From Octopus bimaculoides (Eukaryota): DNA of 48,766 bases. Made by a program: the position numbers and the translations under genes. Every line of letters starts with the position of its first letter. Within the stretch, counting starts at the first letter, position 1. Shown here one piece after another: positions 1-12,861 of the stretch. The notes below the pieces were generated by a model that saw nothing but the letters and a program-made list of their open reading frames with translations, did not search any database and was not told where the DNA came from. The stretch spans positions 21,659,766-21,708,531 of the forward strand of contig NC_069004.1 of NCBI RefSeq assembly GCF_001194135.2, given 5' to 3'.

Positions 1-562
1 GAAAAGCTACAGGAAACCAAAAGACAAATGATAAGCAGTCAGCCACCCTACCCTAGTCGTTACTACTCCCCAATGTAGAATTCCTCACCATACAGGTGAC
101 AGGCACAGCCGTAAGATGCATTAGGGATCTATAACAATTAAAAGGGCATGACCCAACTGAAACATTAACAACTGTGTGACGTGAGGGTTAAGGGGGAAAT
201 GAAAGTGTCACCTCTGGAGTTTGCAAATGACCACTACACCGATAGGTAACTGGACAGAATAAATTTACAATCTATAAATGTCATTCAATAACCAGTCACT
301 CATCTGGGAAGGCCTTGAAATCAATGTTACCACCTGGGGACTACCTGCCCTTATGCATTGAATCTAAGTTCCAAATATCATAAGGATCCATTCAGTAATT
401 TTGGTCCATGAAATTGTCTGAAACACACAGCATTACCCTTGGATCTTGTGTTCCAAATTTCTATCAGGTTCTTCTTGTCAAACCAGTAAGTTAAGGGGAT
501 GTAAATAAACGAACAGCAGTTGTGAAGCAGTAATGAGGGAGAAACAGAGACAAAGACACAAA

Positions 563-990
563 GATTTCGATTTCACTTGCTTCAACAGGTCTTTGCAAGC
601 AGAGTTTAGTTTCCAATGAAGGAAAGGTACGCATAAGTGGGCTGGTTACACCCCTGGCAGAGGTCTCGGATTATGGTCTCACTAGGCTTGCCAGGTCTTC
701 TCACACACAGCATATTTCCAAAGGTCTCGGTCACTAGTCATTGACTCGGTGAGGCCTAATGTTCGAAGGTCATGCTTCACCACCTCATCCCAGGTCTTCC
801 CGGGTCTACATCTTCCACAGGTTCCCTCAACTGCAAGGGTGTGGCACTTTTTCACACAGCTATCCTCATCCATTCTCGCCACATGACCATACCAGTACAA
901 TCGTCTCTCTTGCACATCACAACTGATGCTTCTTAGTACCAACTTTTCTGTCAACGTACTCACACTCTGTCGAGTATGCACACTGACCCA
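563..990 (-). mobile_element. RTE-clade LINE, 5'-truncated 3' end
   Basis: ORF 682..1077 has RRLYWYGHVARM...GRCRPGKTWDEVVKHDL...DRDLW, the typical RTE ORF2 C-terminus, followed by 3' UTR. Confidence 0.9.
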
Positions 991-1347
991 TGGTTGAAAT
1001 TTCATCAACATTGAAAATTTATGAATTTTCATGTGGGTTCTGCCCCCTTTAAGCCATCTCAAATTCAAACCAAACATACTGCATTATACTCACCCTTATG
1101 CATTGAATCTAAGTTCCAAATATCATAAGGATCCATTCAGTAATTTTGGTGCATTAAATTGTATGAAACACACAGCATTACTCTTCTCCCTAGGCTTGGA
1201 TTTTGTGTTCCAAATTTCATTAGGATCAGTGCAGTAGTTTTCAAACGTATAAGTAACACACGAACACACATAAAGACATTGACTTTAATATAATAGATAT
1301 GGATATACACATATACATACATGTATGTGTGTGTGTGTGTGTGTGTG

Positions 1348-1403
<56 letters not shown>

Positions 1404-1474
1404 AGATTGATAGATACAACTGAGTGGGCAGACAAAAATATGAGACACTGTGTAGTGCTTTTTTTTTTATTTTG

Positions 1475-1776
1475 ATAAGCCTGGTACTTATTCTATCAGT
1501 TTCTTCTTGTCAAACCAGTAAGTTAAGGGGATGTAAATAAACAAACACCAGTTATGAAGCAGTGATGAGGGAGAAACACAAAGACACACACATACACTTA
1601 CATATATACATATATATATATACGATTGATTTCTTTCAGTTTCTGTTTACAAAATCCGCTCACAAGGCTTTGGTTGGTCTGAGGCTATAGCAGAAGACAC
1701 ATGCCAAGTCACCACACAGTGGGACTGAACCCAGGACCATGTGTTTTGGAACCAAGTTTCTTACCACACAGCCACA
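1475..1776 (-). mobile_element. tRNA-derived SINE, family A (octopus-type, bipartite with central microsatellite)
   Basis: Head with A/B-box-like gtggctgtgtggtaag...ggttcagtccc; many homologues in this window. Confidence 0.85.
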
Positions 1777-2017
1777 ACTTATTTCTTTACTGCCCACAAG
1801 GGGCTACACACAGGGGGGACAAACAAGGACAGACAAATGGATTAAGTTGATTAAATCGACCCCAGTGCGTAACTGGTACTTATTTAATCGACCCTGAAAG
1901 GATGAAAGGCAAAGTTGGCTCAGCGGAATTTGAACTCAGAACGAAGCGGCAGACGATATTCCACTAAGCATTTCGCCGGGCGTGCTAACGTTTCTACCAG
2001 CTCGCCGCCATAATCTG
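1777..2017 (-). mobile_element. tRNA-derived SINE, family B, young copy with 12-bp TSD
   Basis: rc ggcggcgagctggtagaaacgttagc...gagttcaaattcc...gcctttcatcctttc. CACACAGCCACA at 1765-1776 and 2018-2029. Confidence 0.9.
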
Positions 2018-2166
2018 CACACAGCCACATCTGCACCTATGTATGTGTACGTGTGTGTGTATATGTATGCATGTATATATGTGTACATATTACATGTACA
2101 TCTATATATAGACATCTACACATATACATCTATATATATATACATATACAGCTATACATATACATC

Positions 2167-2197
<31 letters not shown>

Positions 2198-2299
2198 TCA
2201 TGTATATGTATATATATACATCTATATATATACATATATATATATAGATAGATAGATAACATATATATATTATATATAAATATGTATGTATGTATGCCT

Positions 2300-2579
2300 G
2301 TGTATATGTGAGATAATAGTTTCACTTAGTGAAACTATTAGTGAAACTGTCTAACATTACAATAGAGAGATGTTATTGTTTCACTTTTGACACATAATAC
2401 TGCAATAGTGGAGGAGATGTGATATTGCACTGGGCTCGCTCGCACTAGGCAAGAGGTTAAAAATATTTTGGCCTAAAACACTACCTGGACCCTAAGTAAA
2501 GCATGTGTAAAATTTGAATGAAATTGGTTGAGTAGTTCTCAAGTTTTAGGGATTCACAGAGACAGACACACATTCTCAT

Positions 2580-2590
<11 letters not shown>
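2300..2590 (+). mobile_element. Non-autonomous Helitron-like element
   Basis: aaaatttgaatgaaattggttgagtagttctcaag...acagacacacattctcatctttatatata 3' architecture; 13-bp palindrome near the 5' end. Related 3' ends at 1093-1300 and 348-461. Confidence 0.45.
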
Positions 2591-2620
<30 letters not shown>

Positions 2621-2621
2621 A

Positions 2622-2688
<67 letters not shown>

Positions 2689-3591
2689 TACACACATATA
2701 TATTATCACACCGCCATACCACACAGCACTGCACACTGGTACTGACCACTTCCCAGCACCCACACCATCATCCACAGAGCTACACATGCACACGTCAAGG
2801 TCACCAGCAAACTTGCACATACGCATGCACCCATTCTTCCTAGCTCTCCTGTGTGACCCTGTGTTTTTAACAGCAATAATGCTTTCATATAGTTACTTTT
2901 TTATTGTTAGTGATATGATAAAGACTGGACAGTCACTACAAGGACTGCATACATCTCAATGACATTTGGATAGTCATGTCTAAAAGATGCCAACAAACAA
3001 TTCTTTGATCTGCTAATTCTATGTCATATTTCAGCATAATTAGTTTTGACCATCAATGTTTTCTGCTAACCCACAAGAATCACCACCACCACCATCATCA
3101 TCATTAGTGATGGAGTGTCTAATGGTTTCTTGACCTGCTAGAAATAACAGTTACATTTCCTCCAATCATGTGTTCTACCTTATAAAAGAAAGGATGTGCG
3201 TGTGTGTATATATATATATATACACACATATATCCAATGTAGTGATAGACATACAAAGATATAGATTGATCATGCTTGGAACATGTTTGATCCTAGGGCT
3301 GTTCAATCAGGGGTAACCAGGAATTAAACTACAATAATTATCATCACCACCATGATTGCCATCATCAGCATCATTACCACCACCATCCTAATCACTACTG
3401 CCACAATCCACATTATCATCACCATCATTACCCTCTCTACCATCATCACTCCACAACCATTCTCAACACCATCACTATTACTACTACCATCATCATTATC
3501 ATCACTATTAAACTGAACATTGCCATTACAACCAACACCACCTCATCACCATTGTAACCTCTGCTATCATCATTATAACTACCATCACTGA

Positions 3592-3815
3592 GATGGCAAG
3601 CAGGCAGAATCATTACACACCTGGCAAAATGCTTAGCGGTATTTTGTCTGTTCTTATGTTCCGAGTTCAAATTCCACCAAGGTCTGCTTTGCTTTTTATC
3701 CTTCCGGGGTTGATGAAATAAGTACCAGTTACGCACTGGGTTTGATGTAATCAACTAGCCCCCCCCCCCGCCTCCCCAATGGTTTCAGGCCTTGCAGTTA
3801 TAGTAAAAAAGATAA
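3592..3815 (+). mobile_element. SINE family B
   Basis: Homologous to 1777-2017. Further copies near 10725-10920(-), 16680-16830(+), 20590-20760(-), 23340-23535(-) and 43930-44040(-). Confidence 0.85.
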
Positions 3816-3954
3816 TTATTACCATCACTTACCATCCTCATTATCATCATTCCCACCACCACCACCATTATTATTATTGTAAATTATAATAGTCACACCT
3901 CCTTCACACCACTCAAAAAACAAACAAAAACTGAAGTAACCCCAGTAAACTTAC

Positions 3955-4175
3955 CATGTGGTAATTAAGGATTTCTTGAAGAGAACTGAATGGTTGATAG
4001 TTGGAGCCAAAGAAATGGTATGTGCCATCCGATGCATCAATTAAGAAGTGTTTGCAACGTTCTTCCGACTGATAAGATACTGTATAGCCCCATATTCTTT
4101 CACTGACTCGCACTAGAAAACTACCAATAGGTCGATCAGACAGGATTTCCTCTGCTTCAGCTCTGCTTATAAGAC
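3955..4175 (-). CDS. SH2D4: SH2 domain exon (LISRAEAEEILSDRPIGSFLVRVSERIWGYTVSY...CKHFLID...LQEILNYHM)
   Basis: Acceptor tgtag|GT and donor ATG|gtaagt; 221 nt, phase 1 to 0. Has the FLVR signature and the SH2D4-type FLVRVSERIWGY. Confidence 0.95.
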
Positions 4176-4319
4176 CTACAATTATTTAGACACAAAACAC
4201 ATGAATTTAAAGAAGAGAAATATGAAAAGATATTTTGGGACATTCAAGCCTTTGCCAATGTCATTCGTTGTATCTTATATCATTGTTGCTTTTCTCGAGG
4301 TCATTAACAATGTTAGCTA

Positions 4320-4516
4320 TATAAGGGGGTGCTGAAAGGTTCCTGGTTCTAAGGGTATCACAAAAGGCCTAGTTAGAGGATCAACCTTCCGAGTTCTTTT
4401 ACAAGGATTAGAAAAATTGAAGAATTGCTACAATAAGTGTGTGAATCAGAGGGGAACATGTTGAATAAAATAATTAACTGTCCTCCTTTATTTTGTTTTG
4501 CCCAATGCCCCTTGTA
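4320..4516 (+). mobile_element. Internally deleted mariner derivative (MITE-like)
   Basis: Starts tataagggggtgctgaaaggttcctgg (mariner-type TIR). Carries the transposase C-terminus GLEKLKNCYNKCVNQRG and ends in ccccttgta. Confidence 0.6.
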
Positions 4517-5912
4517 TGTTATTGTTGCTTGCCTTTCTCATTGTCATTAATAGTGTAAGGTGTGATATATGTCATTGTAACCTGCCTTTCTCAAAGTTCT
4601 TAGCTGTGTTAAGCCAATGGCTCCAGCTGTTGTGAATTGTTAACTGAACCATAGTCCCTACTCACCAAGAACCTATCTCTTCTGTAAAAGATGCAGTCAA
4701 TCCTCCCTAGGAAATATAGGTTTATTATTTAAGCTTAATACAAAGTGGGAGGTACAAGACTAATTTTGGTAAGGTATAATCAAATAAATAAACCCAAATA
4801 TTTGAAAGGAAGAAGCAAAATGAAACCTGGAAGAGGACTTTACAGAAGACTTCTGGAAAATGTTAGTAAGTTCAGTTGCCATGTGGAGTGAATTGTCTGA
4901 TGTTCTGGACCTCTGTTCCCCATTTGTGTATGAAGGAGAAAGTGATTTAGAAGATGGGTTGACCTAACAAACCTAAACAACAACCCCTTTTTATCTCTTT
5001 CATTCTCAGACAAAGAGCAAGAGTTCAAAACATTAGTCTTCACACCTGTGACAACTGCACTTTCCAATTCCTTTTAGAATTCTTCTACGGACAAACTGAT
5101 ACTGACCATCTTTAGTTTTAATGGATTCCGGAGTTTACCAGACACACAGATAGGATTTCAATGAGAACACAGATGATAAAGAGTAAATGTGTTTAGTCCA
5201 GTAATCTACATTTAAATAATAAACATTTCTTTTAAATTGGGACATTTTTGCAGAAGATGGAACACCCTCACCCCCACCTTAGAAGGCAACCCAACTAATT
5301 GGAATGAAGTCATTTGCCATCACACTCCAGCCTCTGACCCACAAACATGCAGTCTCCTTTTTCAACCTTTCCCACTGATACTACCTGAGTGAAATCTGCT
5401 TCACAGAGCAGGCTGGCTGACTGGCCTTGTATTCCTTCCACTCAAGCACTACTAACTCTCACTCATCTCTCCTCCCCTCATTATCCATATCATACACTGC
5501 CTTCCTCCAACTTCTGCACTAATTACCATTCCTAGTTCTTCCTCCACAGAATATTGACTCTCTGGAAATCCCTACTTCTCTATTTTCCTGCAGCAGATGA
5601 CTTGCAACTGTTCAAGTGGGACATTAACACCATCAATCCCACCACACTTGGAGAATCAGCAAAAACAATGAATGCAATCCTTTCCCCCTGACTAATATAA
5701 TAAAAAAGTTTTTAAAGCTGACTGACTTGAAAACCAGTATATTACTGGCATGAATTTCATCAATCCCCAAAAAGATAAAAGTTTAAATCAACACTAGTAT
5801 TATAATATGACCACCATGCTTTTTCTTAATATTTACATCATGAGAGAAAAATCTAAACTGTCTTCAGTTAACTTAAAAGCCATTTAGCAGACATGACTTA
5901 CAGAAGATAATC

Positions 5913-5949
<37 letters not shown>

Positions 5950-5969
5950 TACATACATACATACATACA

Positions 5970-6003
<34 letters not shown>

Positions 6004-6010
6004 CATATAT

Positions 6011-6296
6011 NNNNNNNNNNNNNNNNNNNNNNNNNNNNNNNNNNNNNNNNNNNNNNNNNNNNNNNNNNNNNNNNNNNNNNNNNNNNNNNNNNNNNNNNNN
6101 NNNNNNNNNNNNNNNNNNNNNNNNNNNNNNNNNNNNNNNNNNNNNNNNNNNNNNNNNNNNNNNNNNNNNNNNNNNNNNNNNNNNNNNNNNNNNNNNNNNN
6201 NNNNNNNNNNNNNNNNNNNNNNNNNNNNNNNNNNNNNNNNNNNNNNNNNNNNNNNNNNNNNNNNNNNNNNNNNNNNNNNNNNNNNNNNNNNNNNNN
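6011..6296. other. Assembly gap (286 N)
   Basis: N run after a (TACA)n tract. Confidence 1.
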
Positions 6297-6967
6297 ACCC
6301 CGCTGTACTCTTTCACCACAACTTTCTCTCACTCTATCTTCCTGCTTCTGTTGGTACAACAGGGCCAGCCTTGTCACACTCTGTGTCATGCTGAATCTCC
6401 CCCGAGAACTATGTTAAGGGTACACGTGCCTGTGGAGTGCTCAACCACTTGCACGTTAATTTCACAAGCAGGCTGTTCCATTGATTGGATCAACTGGAAC
6501 CCTTGTCGTTGTAACTGACGGAGTGCCACCACCACCATACCCACAGCAGGATTGTTAATGCTGCTCCACCTGCAAGAGCCCTGTGCTGGCACCACGTAAA
6601 AAGCATCTATGCTGGCACCATGTAAAAAATTCCCATGCTTACACTACATAATAGCACCCATGCCAGTGTCACATAAAAGCACTTGTGCTGGTGCCATGTA
6701 AAAAGTACCCAGCATGCTCTGTAAAGTGGTTGGTGTTAGGAAGGGCATCCAGACACAGAAATATGGGTGCAGCTCTCCTGCTTGCCAACTCTGGTCCAAC
6801 CCATGCCAGCACGGAAAACAGACATTAAATGATGAAGATATATAGATATATATCACTGCACATAGACTACAGTTACCATTTAATAAAACACTAGTAATAA
6901 CCTATTTATTTAGTTCATACGTCACACAGTTGTAATACTAACCCTATGAGCAGTTGCTGGGCCCCAG

Positions 6968-7015
6968 AGCAAGATTGCCTTAGCAAGATTGCCTTAGCAA
7001 GATTGCCTTAGCAAG
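6968..7015. repeat. 14-bp tandem AGCAAGATTGCCTT x3.4
   Basis: Three perfect units plus AGCAAG. Confidence 0.97.
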
Positions 7016-7890
7016 AGAGACAACTCTGCTTGCTTGAGTAAAATATAATCCAAAGTGAGCCAACAAGAGAGGCTAAATGCAACTACTCACTTTGCTAGAA
7101 ATCACAGCCAAATGCCTTCAAATCACACCTGACTGTCTTTAAAAATGGATAATACAGTCCTAGGTATATATAAATGTTGGTTATGGGTGGAACTTCTTTA
7201 AATATAGATCTAATCAATCAGACTAATCTGGGATAACACAGCAGCAATAGCTATTATCACACAATTTTTGTCCTTGGGTAGCAACTGTTATTTCCTATTT
7301 GCTTACTCCTAGAAAGAATGAAAAATAGCTAATATATTTCCTTCAAACTTTGCATTTTTTACATTTATTCAAAAACCAAAGAATCCCTCTCAACACATGA
7401 CTATGATGCTCCCCCACTACTCCTGCTCATGATCAGAGATGCACATATCGTCAGCCATTAAGGGATATGCTCAAGTGGTTAAGATCAAGCAACAGGTAAA
7501 CAAATCTGTGGTACTGAGTAGAATATTTGCTATAACAATATTTCTGCTTCAGCAACTCAGCACTGAACCTGTTTGAAATGTAAAGGAAAATAGGTCAGTT
7601 TCAAAACATTGATGTCCAGGCCACAAAGGCAAAGTTTGAAGGGAATAGTAGTCATTTCCTTTGATTTTTAGATAGAAGCAAATAGGCAATAAGATTTACT
7701 GATCAAAGACAAAACAAAAATAATAATAATTTTGTTTCAGAGTGATTCCTTTCAGCCCAGTTTTTAGTTTTGTTTTTTCTTATGAGCATGATTTTCCATG
7801 CTAATGATAAAATAGAAATCATTCTTCACAGTAGAAATATTCTATAGTAGATTTTTTTAAAAATATGTATTCTGTAAAGAATGACTTTAC

Positions 7891-8069
7891 CATGAAACCA
7901 TTCTTCTATTTTCTTCGTTTCAGGATTTAAACCAACTTCTTTGGGCCGTTCTTCTTCCTTAAACCATTTAATCACAGCATTTCTGTTCTTTGGTGTAGCC
8001 GGTTTTTTATTAACCCCAGAAGATTTGACACTGGAACCAAGACTGTTTGTGGCATTGTTGATATGTGTT
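7891..8069 (-). CDS. SH2D4: SH2D4-like exon (THINNA...KKPATPKNRNAVIKWFKEEERPK...IEEWFHG)
   Basis: Acceptor ttttttacag|A and donor CATG|gtaaag; 179 nt, phase 2 to 1. Contains the SH2D4 pre-SH2 motif IxWFKEE and the SH2 start WFHG. Confidence 0.92.
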
Positions 8070-8828
8070 CTGTAAAAAATAAAATTCAATGAATTTGACT
8101 AATGTTTTGATACTATGTGAGGGTGGAATTTAATTTTTATTTTGGAATTTGTTAAAGTTTGTCATCTCTGGTGAAGTTGCTTATTTATGGCAACTAGAGA
8201 ACAATAGCATCTTTTTTTATTTCATTTTTGGATTTGGTTTGCAAGATTCTTTATGTGAGTTCATGTGTCGAAGCATATTCTGTTGTGTCTGAGGAAAATC
8301 AGAACTATTGAAAAGGTTGCAAGATGCAACGAAAATTTTAGAAAAATAAAAAATAAATAAGTGGAAATTTTACCAGTGGGTGTGTTAAATTATAAAGCAC
8401 CAAAAGAGAATGACTCTCCCCAGACACAACAGAATAACATCTTTGATTAAGGGCAATATCTGATCCACTGCATTTATGACAGCAGGAGTGACAAGGAAGT
8501 GTCTGTAATTTGTGGCAAAACAAATATCAAAAGAGACTTCATTCAATATGTACTGGTTTTCATTTTTTTTCTTTTTGCTAGTTAATATTGATTCCTTAAC
8601 TGATGTACATCAATAAAATGCACACACACAAACAAACAACAGGAGTAGCTTCTGTACAATTTTAGCCAACCAAATTCCACTCACAACTTAATGGTGAAAC
8701 CAAAGTTAAACTGGAAAATACCTGTCCAAACTGTCACACAATGGAATTGCCACCACACATTTTGCCCAGTGAGCTAACAATTCTGCCAGCTTGCCACAAC
8801 AACAACAATGATAAATAATGACTGATAT

Positions 8829-8912
<84 letters not shown>

Positions 8913-10541
8913 CTAAATTGCTTTAGTAACTTTACAGAAGTTGTGATGTCCATGTGGTTTTTCTAAAGACACTAGCAGTGCAAGTGAATTTAAGCAACAC
9001 AGTAATAGGTGAAGGTAATGCCCTTACATAATAAGACTATCTGTTGGTCAATAATGATGAAGTGTATGTTGTGGAAATGGAGAAAGGATGATGGCAGTGA
9101 CTGGGCTTTGTAACTGTTTTGTCTACTGTATTTGTAAGTAAAACAAGTTTCTTAAACTGTTTGGTGCTTTCAATAGTCAATACCATAGCTTCTGTCTGTT
9201 TCATGGAAAATTAGGTAAATGAGAAGCAAGTATTTCTCCAGTTAGGTTCCTGATCAATCTGATAAACACTCACAAATAACCTGGTAAATATCTATGAGAA
9301 TCATGTAAATCGAAGCATCTAGAATTAAGGGCATTGTTGAAATAAACAGTAGGATTTAATGAAAATGAAATGTGCCAACTTTATATCAAAAGCATTGAAC
9401 TGGAAATTCAACATGTTATCTCCTCAGCCATTTCCCTTCCACTACTTTTCTTTCCAATTTCTGGACATGTGTGATAAATTTATATATCAATTAACAGAAT
9501 AAACATAATTAAACTTGTAGCTTGGATAAAACATAAGAAAGATATTGAGTAAAACATTTCCACAAACATTAACTTTAAGGTTATCTACTCTGGCCAGTTG
9601 TAGGTTTCCTGAAAGAAAACTACTTCACCTACATTATTTGATACCCTTAAGTAACCAGGCTAAATGATGGAAGACAGAACTTCAATGAATTTTTCTTCGT
9701 GCCTCACTTTTTGTTGTTTGTTTTTTTTATAATTTCACTCTTTCAGCATTTTATAATGAATAAAAAAAAACAAAACATATTGCACTTTAGCCCTAAACAA
9801 TAACTGAGACACGGTAAAAAAAAAAAAAAAACCGTCTTGTGCAAGACATCTAACCCTAGACCAAGTGGTCAGTTATGTTGTTGAACCCTAGATCAGCCCT
9901 GATCAAGCAGGCCTACGATTGAAAAACATTCCAACTTGAACATCCTATCTTGTGTTTCCAAACATAACATATCCAGGATTTCATTATCTAATGTGCCATT
10001 TCATTTTTTTGTTTTAAATAGTAGGGTGTAATTTCAGAGAGAGATTTCACTGATGGTTTTATCAGATCAATCATAAGATAGATTATTTTTCTCCTTCTAA
10101 TATAAATAAGGGAGAGGATTCCTTTTTAAATTCATTATGTGCAACAGAAGCAGCATTAGAATAAATTAGCCATCTATGTACCATACGGCAAATACATCAT
10201 GGAATGCCAAATTAACTATGGCATTGATCTAGTACATGCATAAATGATATAGTATATTCATAAGAAATATTATCTCCAGACAAATACCACAGTTATTTTG
10301 GCTTTCGATGATGTACATACATTAAGTATGATATACAGATTGCTATTTTTTTAAAACTTTTTTTTAATGCAGTGTTAAATAAATCAAAAGAAAAGAATGT
10401 AATTTCAGTGCTCTGGACTTCTTGCTTCCTCTTCCACCTCATCATCATCATTATCATCAGTGTGCTGGTGCCATTGGTCAGTGCTCTGAGTAAAAAAAAA
10501 CATTTATAAAAGATACATACAGCACAGAAAACAATACTTGC

Positions 10542-10680
10542 TTCGGAGGAATTGGTGGGAGATCTTCAGACAAAGATGAGCTGCTGCCTTTTGACATAGA
10601 TTTCTGTGATCGTCTATGTTCTTCTCGGGCTCGTCGTACTATTTCCTTCAATTGAACCTCAGCCTCTCGTGATTTTTTCT
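10542..10680 (-). CDS. SH2D4: SH2D4-like exon (EKKSREAEVQLKEIVRRAREEHRRSQ...DLPPIPPK); 3' boundary is 10542 (GC donor) or 10521 (GT donor)
   Basis: Acceptor attttag|AG, phase 1. The next exon needs a phase-2 donor, and two fit: AA|gcaagt and CT|gtatgt. Confidence 0.8.
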
Positions 10681-11099
10681 CTAAAATATATGACAAAAAT
10701 AACAACAATAATAATTTTTAATTTAGGCACAAAGCCAGCAGTTTTGCATGAAGGGGTTTATTTGATTATATCAACCCTGGTATTCGACTGGTACCCTATT
10801 TTATCAACTCTAGAAAGATGGATAACAAAGTTGACTTTGTCAGGATTAGAACTCAGAATGCAAAGAGACAGAACAAATACTACAAAGTATTTTTTTTCCA
10901 ACACTAACAACTCTGCCAATCCACAACAACCAACAACAACAATAATAAGAGCACTCAGAAAGCACAAACGTCCACCAAGGCAACACCAACGTCTTCTCAA
11001 TGATTAGCCAGAGATGATTTTTAAAACGAGAATATCTGAAATAAACTCAACTGCTCTCACAAACGAGAACACTAAAATTGAAGCTGACCACTCTCAAAA

Positions 11100-11399
<300 letters not shown>

Positions 11400-11720
11400 T
11401 GGACAAAGAGGAGGAGGAGAAATCAGATGACAACAACATAGTCAATAAAGAGAGAAAAATGTATTACTTAATCCCTATTACTTGCCCCGTTTAATACTAG
11501 AATGGTAGGCAAAGAATATCAGATAATATTAAAAAGAAAACCCAAAATCAGAAGTACAAAATTCAGATAACTTCGAATTACCATAAAGGTGTTGTTGTTA
11601 TCCCAACTGCAATAGGAGCTTCAGAGACTAGAAATAGCAAAAAACTGAGATTATTGGTTGCAGATGATGGATATCAGGGTAGATTTCTTGATTCTATAAA
11701 AAGCTTGAACAAAGCTACAG
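11400..11720 (+). mobile_element. Dong/R4-like non-LTR element, RLE-domain relic
   Basis: NIVNKERK..LIPITCP/FNTRMVGKE...GVVVIPTAIGA resembles the PD-(D/E)xK endonuclease region. Starts at the end of the long (AAT)n tract. Confidence 0.55.
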
Positions 11721-11747
11721 ATGTAAGCCTTACTCCCATCGACTTCT

Positions 11748-12037
11748 TTTCCTCATAAGTTTTAAAAAAATGGATATGTTTTAATAAAATTTTCAACAAA
11801 TATGTTTCACATGGTGTAGATTATGATTATATTGGAATTTGATGTGCAAAAAAATGGAAGGTAGGGATAATTCACACACCTCATCAAAATATATGAAGAA
11901 ACAGCTGAGGTATTTGAATTATCAAATGCTCAATCACAATATTTTTTTTTTACACAATTCCGACATAATCTACACCATCTGAAACATTTGTAGAAAATTT
12001 TACTAAAATTTCCAGTTTTTAGAAAGTTATGAAGAAA
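11748..12037. mobile_element. Fold-back MITE with ~85-bp imperfect inverted arms
   Basis: 11748-11839 pairs with 11956-12037 (shared core aaaattttc.acaaat..tttca.atggtgtagattatg). A solo arm copy is at 38333-38415. Confidence 0.8.
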
Positions 12038-12411
12038 CGAAATCAGGACAGACACACACACATCTGTAATTATGCCAAAGTATTTTACCTTGATACAAAA
12101 ACCATAAGAAATGAGCTAGATATCTAAGGTTGCAGGATATATCTAGCCTTGAGCTATCTGTTCTGGTTCTGGTTACTAAGTTCAAGTCCTTCCACTTGTC
12201 ACTGAAGCACAAAAAAGGTGGGGTGACAATCAACAGTCAGCGCTTGAAAAACCAATGGAAACAGTTTATTCAGTTCAACCAGAAGATCAATTTGTGATGT
12301 GGTGTGGTGTGACAATGCAATTCAACGAAAAGATTATCATGTGGAAGAATTTGTGTTTATGTCGAGGGCATCCCTTTCATTTGTCAGTTCAACTTACAGA
12401 AACATACTCAC

Positions 12412-12574
12412 CTTGTTCTTTCCAAGTTGCTTCAATTTCTTTATTGTCTTCAGTACTGTCCTTTTCTAGAATGCTTCTCATTTTACGCCAAGATGTATAA
12501 AGTTCAGCACTTCGACGATTCTTCAACTTTAAGGAATTTTCTCGACAATACTTTAGACCTTTTTCTTCTTTATC
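12412..12574 (-). CDS. SH2D4: SH2D4-like exon (DKEEKGLKYCRENSLKLKNRRSAELYTSWRKMRS...EATWKEQ)
   Basis: Acceptor tcttag|GAT and donor CAAG|gtgagt; 163 nt, phase 0 to 1. Open frame; the join gives WKEQEKKSREAE. Confidence 0.88.
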
Positions 12575-12861
12575 CTAAGATATATCAATAGAAAAATAAA
12601 ATCAGTAAAATCAGTAGAAACATAAGAAAATTTTCTTCTGTTTGTCTCATTATGCATGCAAATACATACATATGTTTTTCTTTTGTTATTTTCAGTCATT
12701 CAACTGTGGTCATGCTGTAACACAGCTTATGAGAGTATAGTCAATTGCATCAACATCCCAATATTTCTTTTATCAACTCCAGAAAGATGAAAGTTAAAGT
12801 AAACCTGGGTGAAATAAAAACTGAGAACATGAAACTGAAAACATAATTATACTACCAAGTA

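Noticed and set aside
190-250. Possible last SH2D4 exon (ctgtccag|LPIGVVVICKLQR*)
   Set aside because: The phase fits, but it lacks the expected PIT..G.E.L..PCGQ-type SH2D4 C-terminus.
1777-2017. A/B-box-like motifs as tRNA genes
   Set aside because: They are SINE heads: multi-copy, fused to non-tRNA bodies and without a full cloverleaf.
1137-2888. Many ORFs rich in YI/HT/CV dipeptides (also at 14424, 30809, 40574, 44041-44358)
   Set aside because: They are translations of (TA)n, (CA)n and (TAGA)n microsatellites, with no splice-consistent or homology support.
5580-5690. YFPAADDLQLFK, resembling the RT YADD motif
   Set aside because: It is an isolated motif with no flanking RT blocks readable by eye; left unclassified.
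10606-11007. 133-aa plus-strand ORF overlapping an exon
   Set aside because: It is the antisense of a coding exon plus a SINE B copy, with no independent signal.
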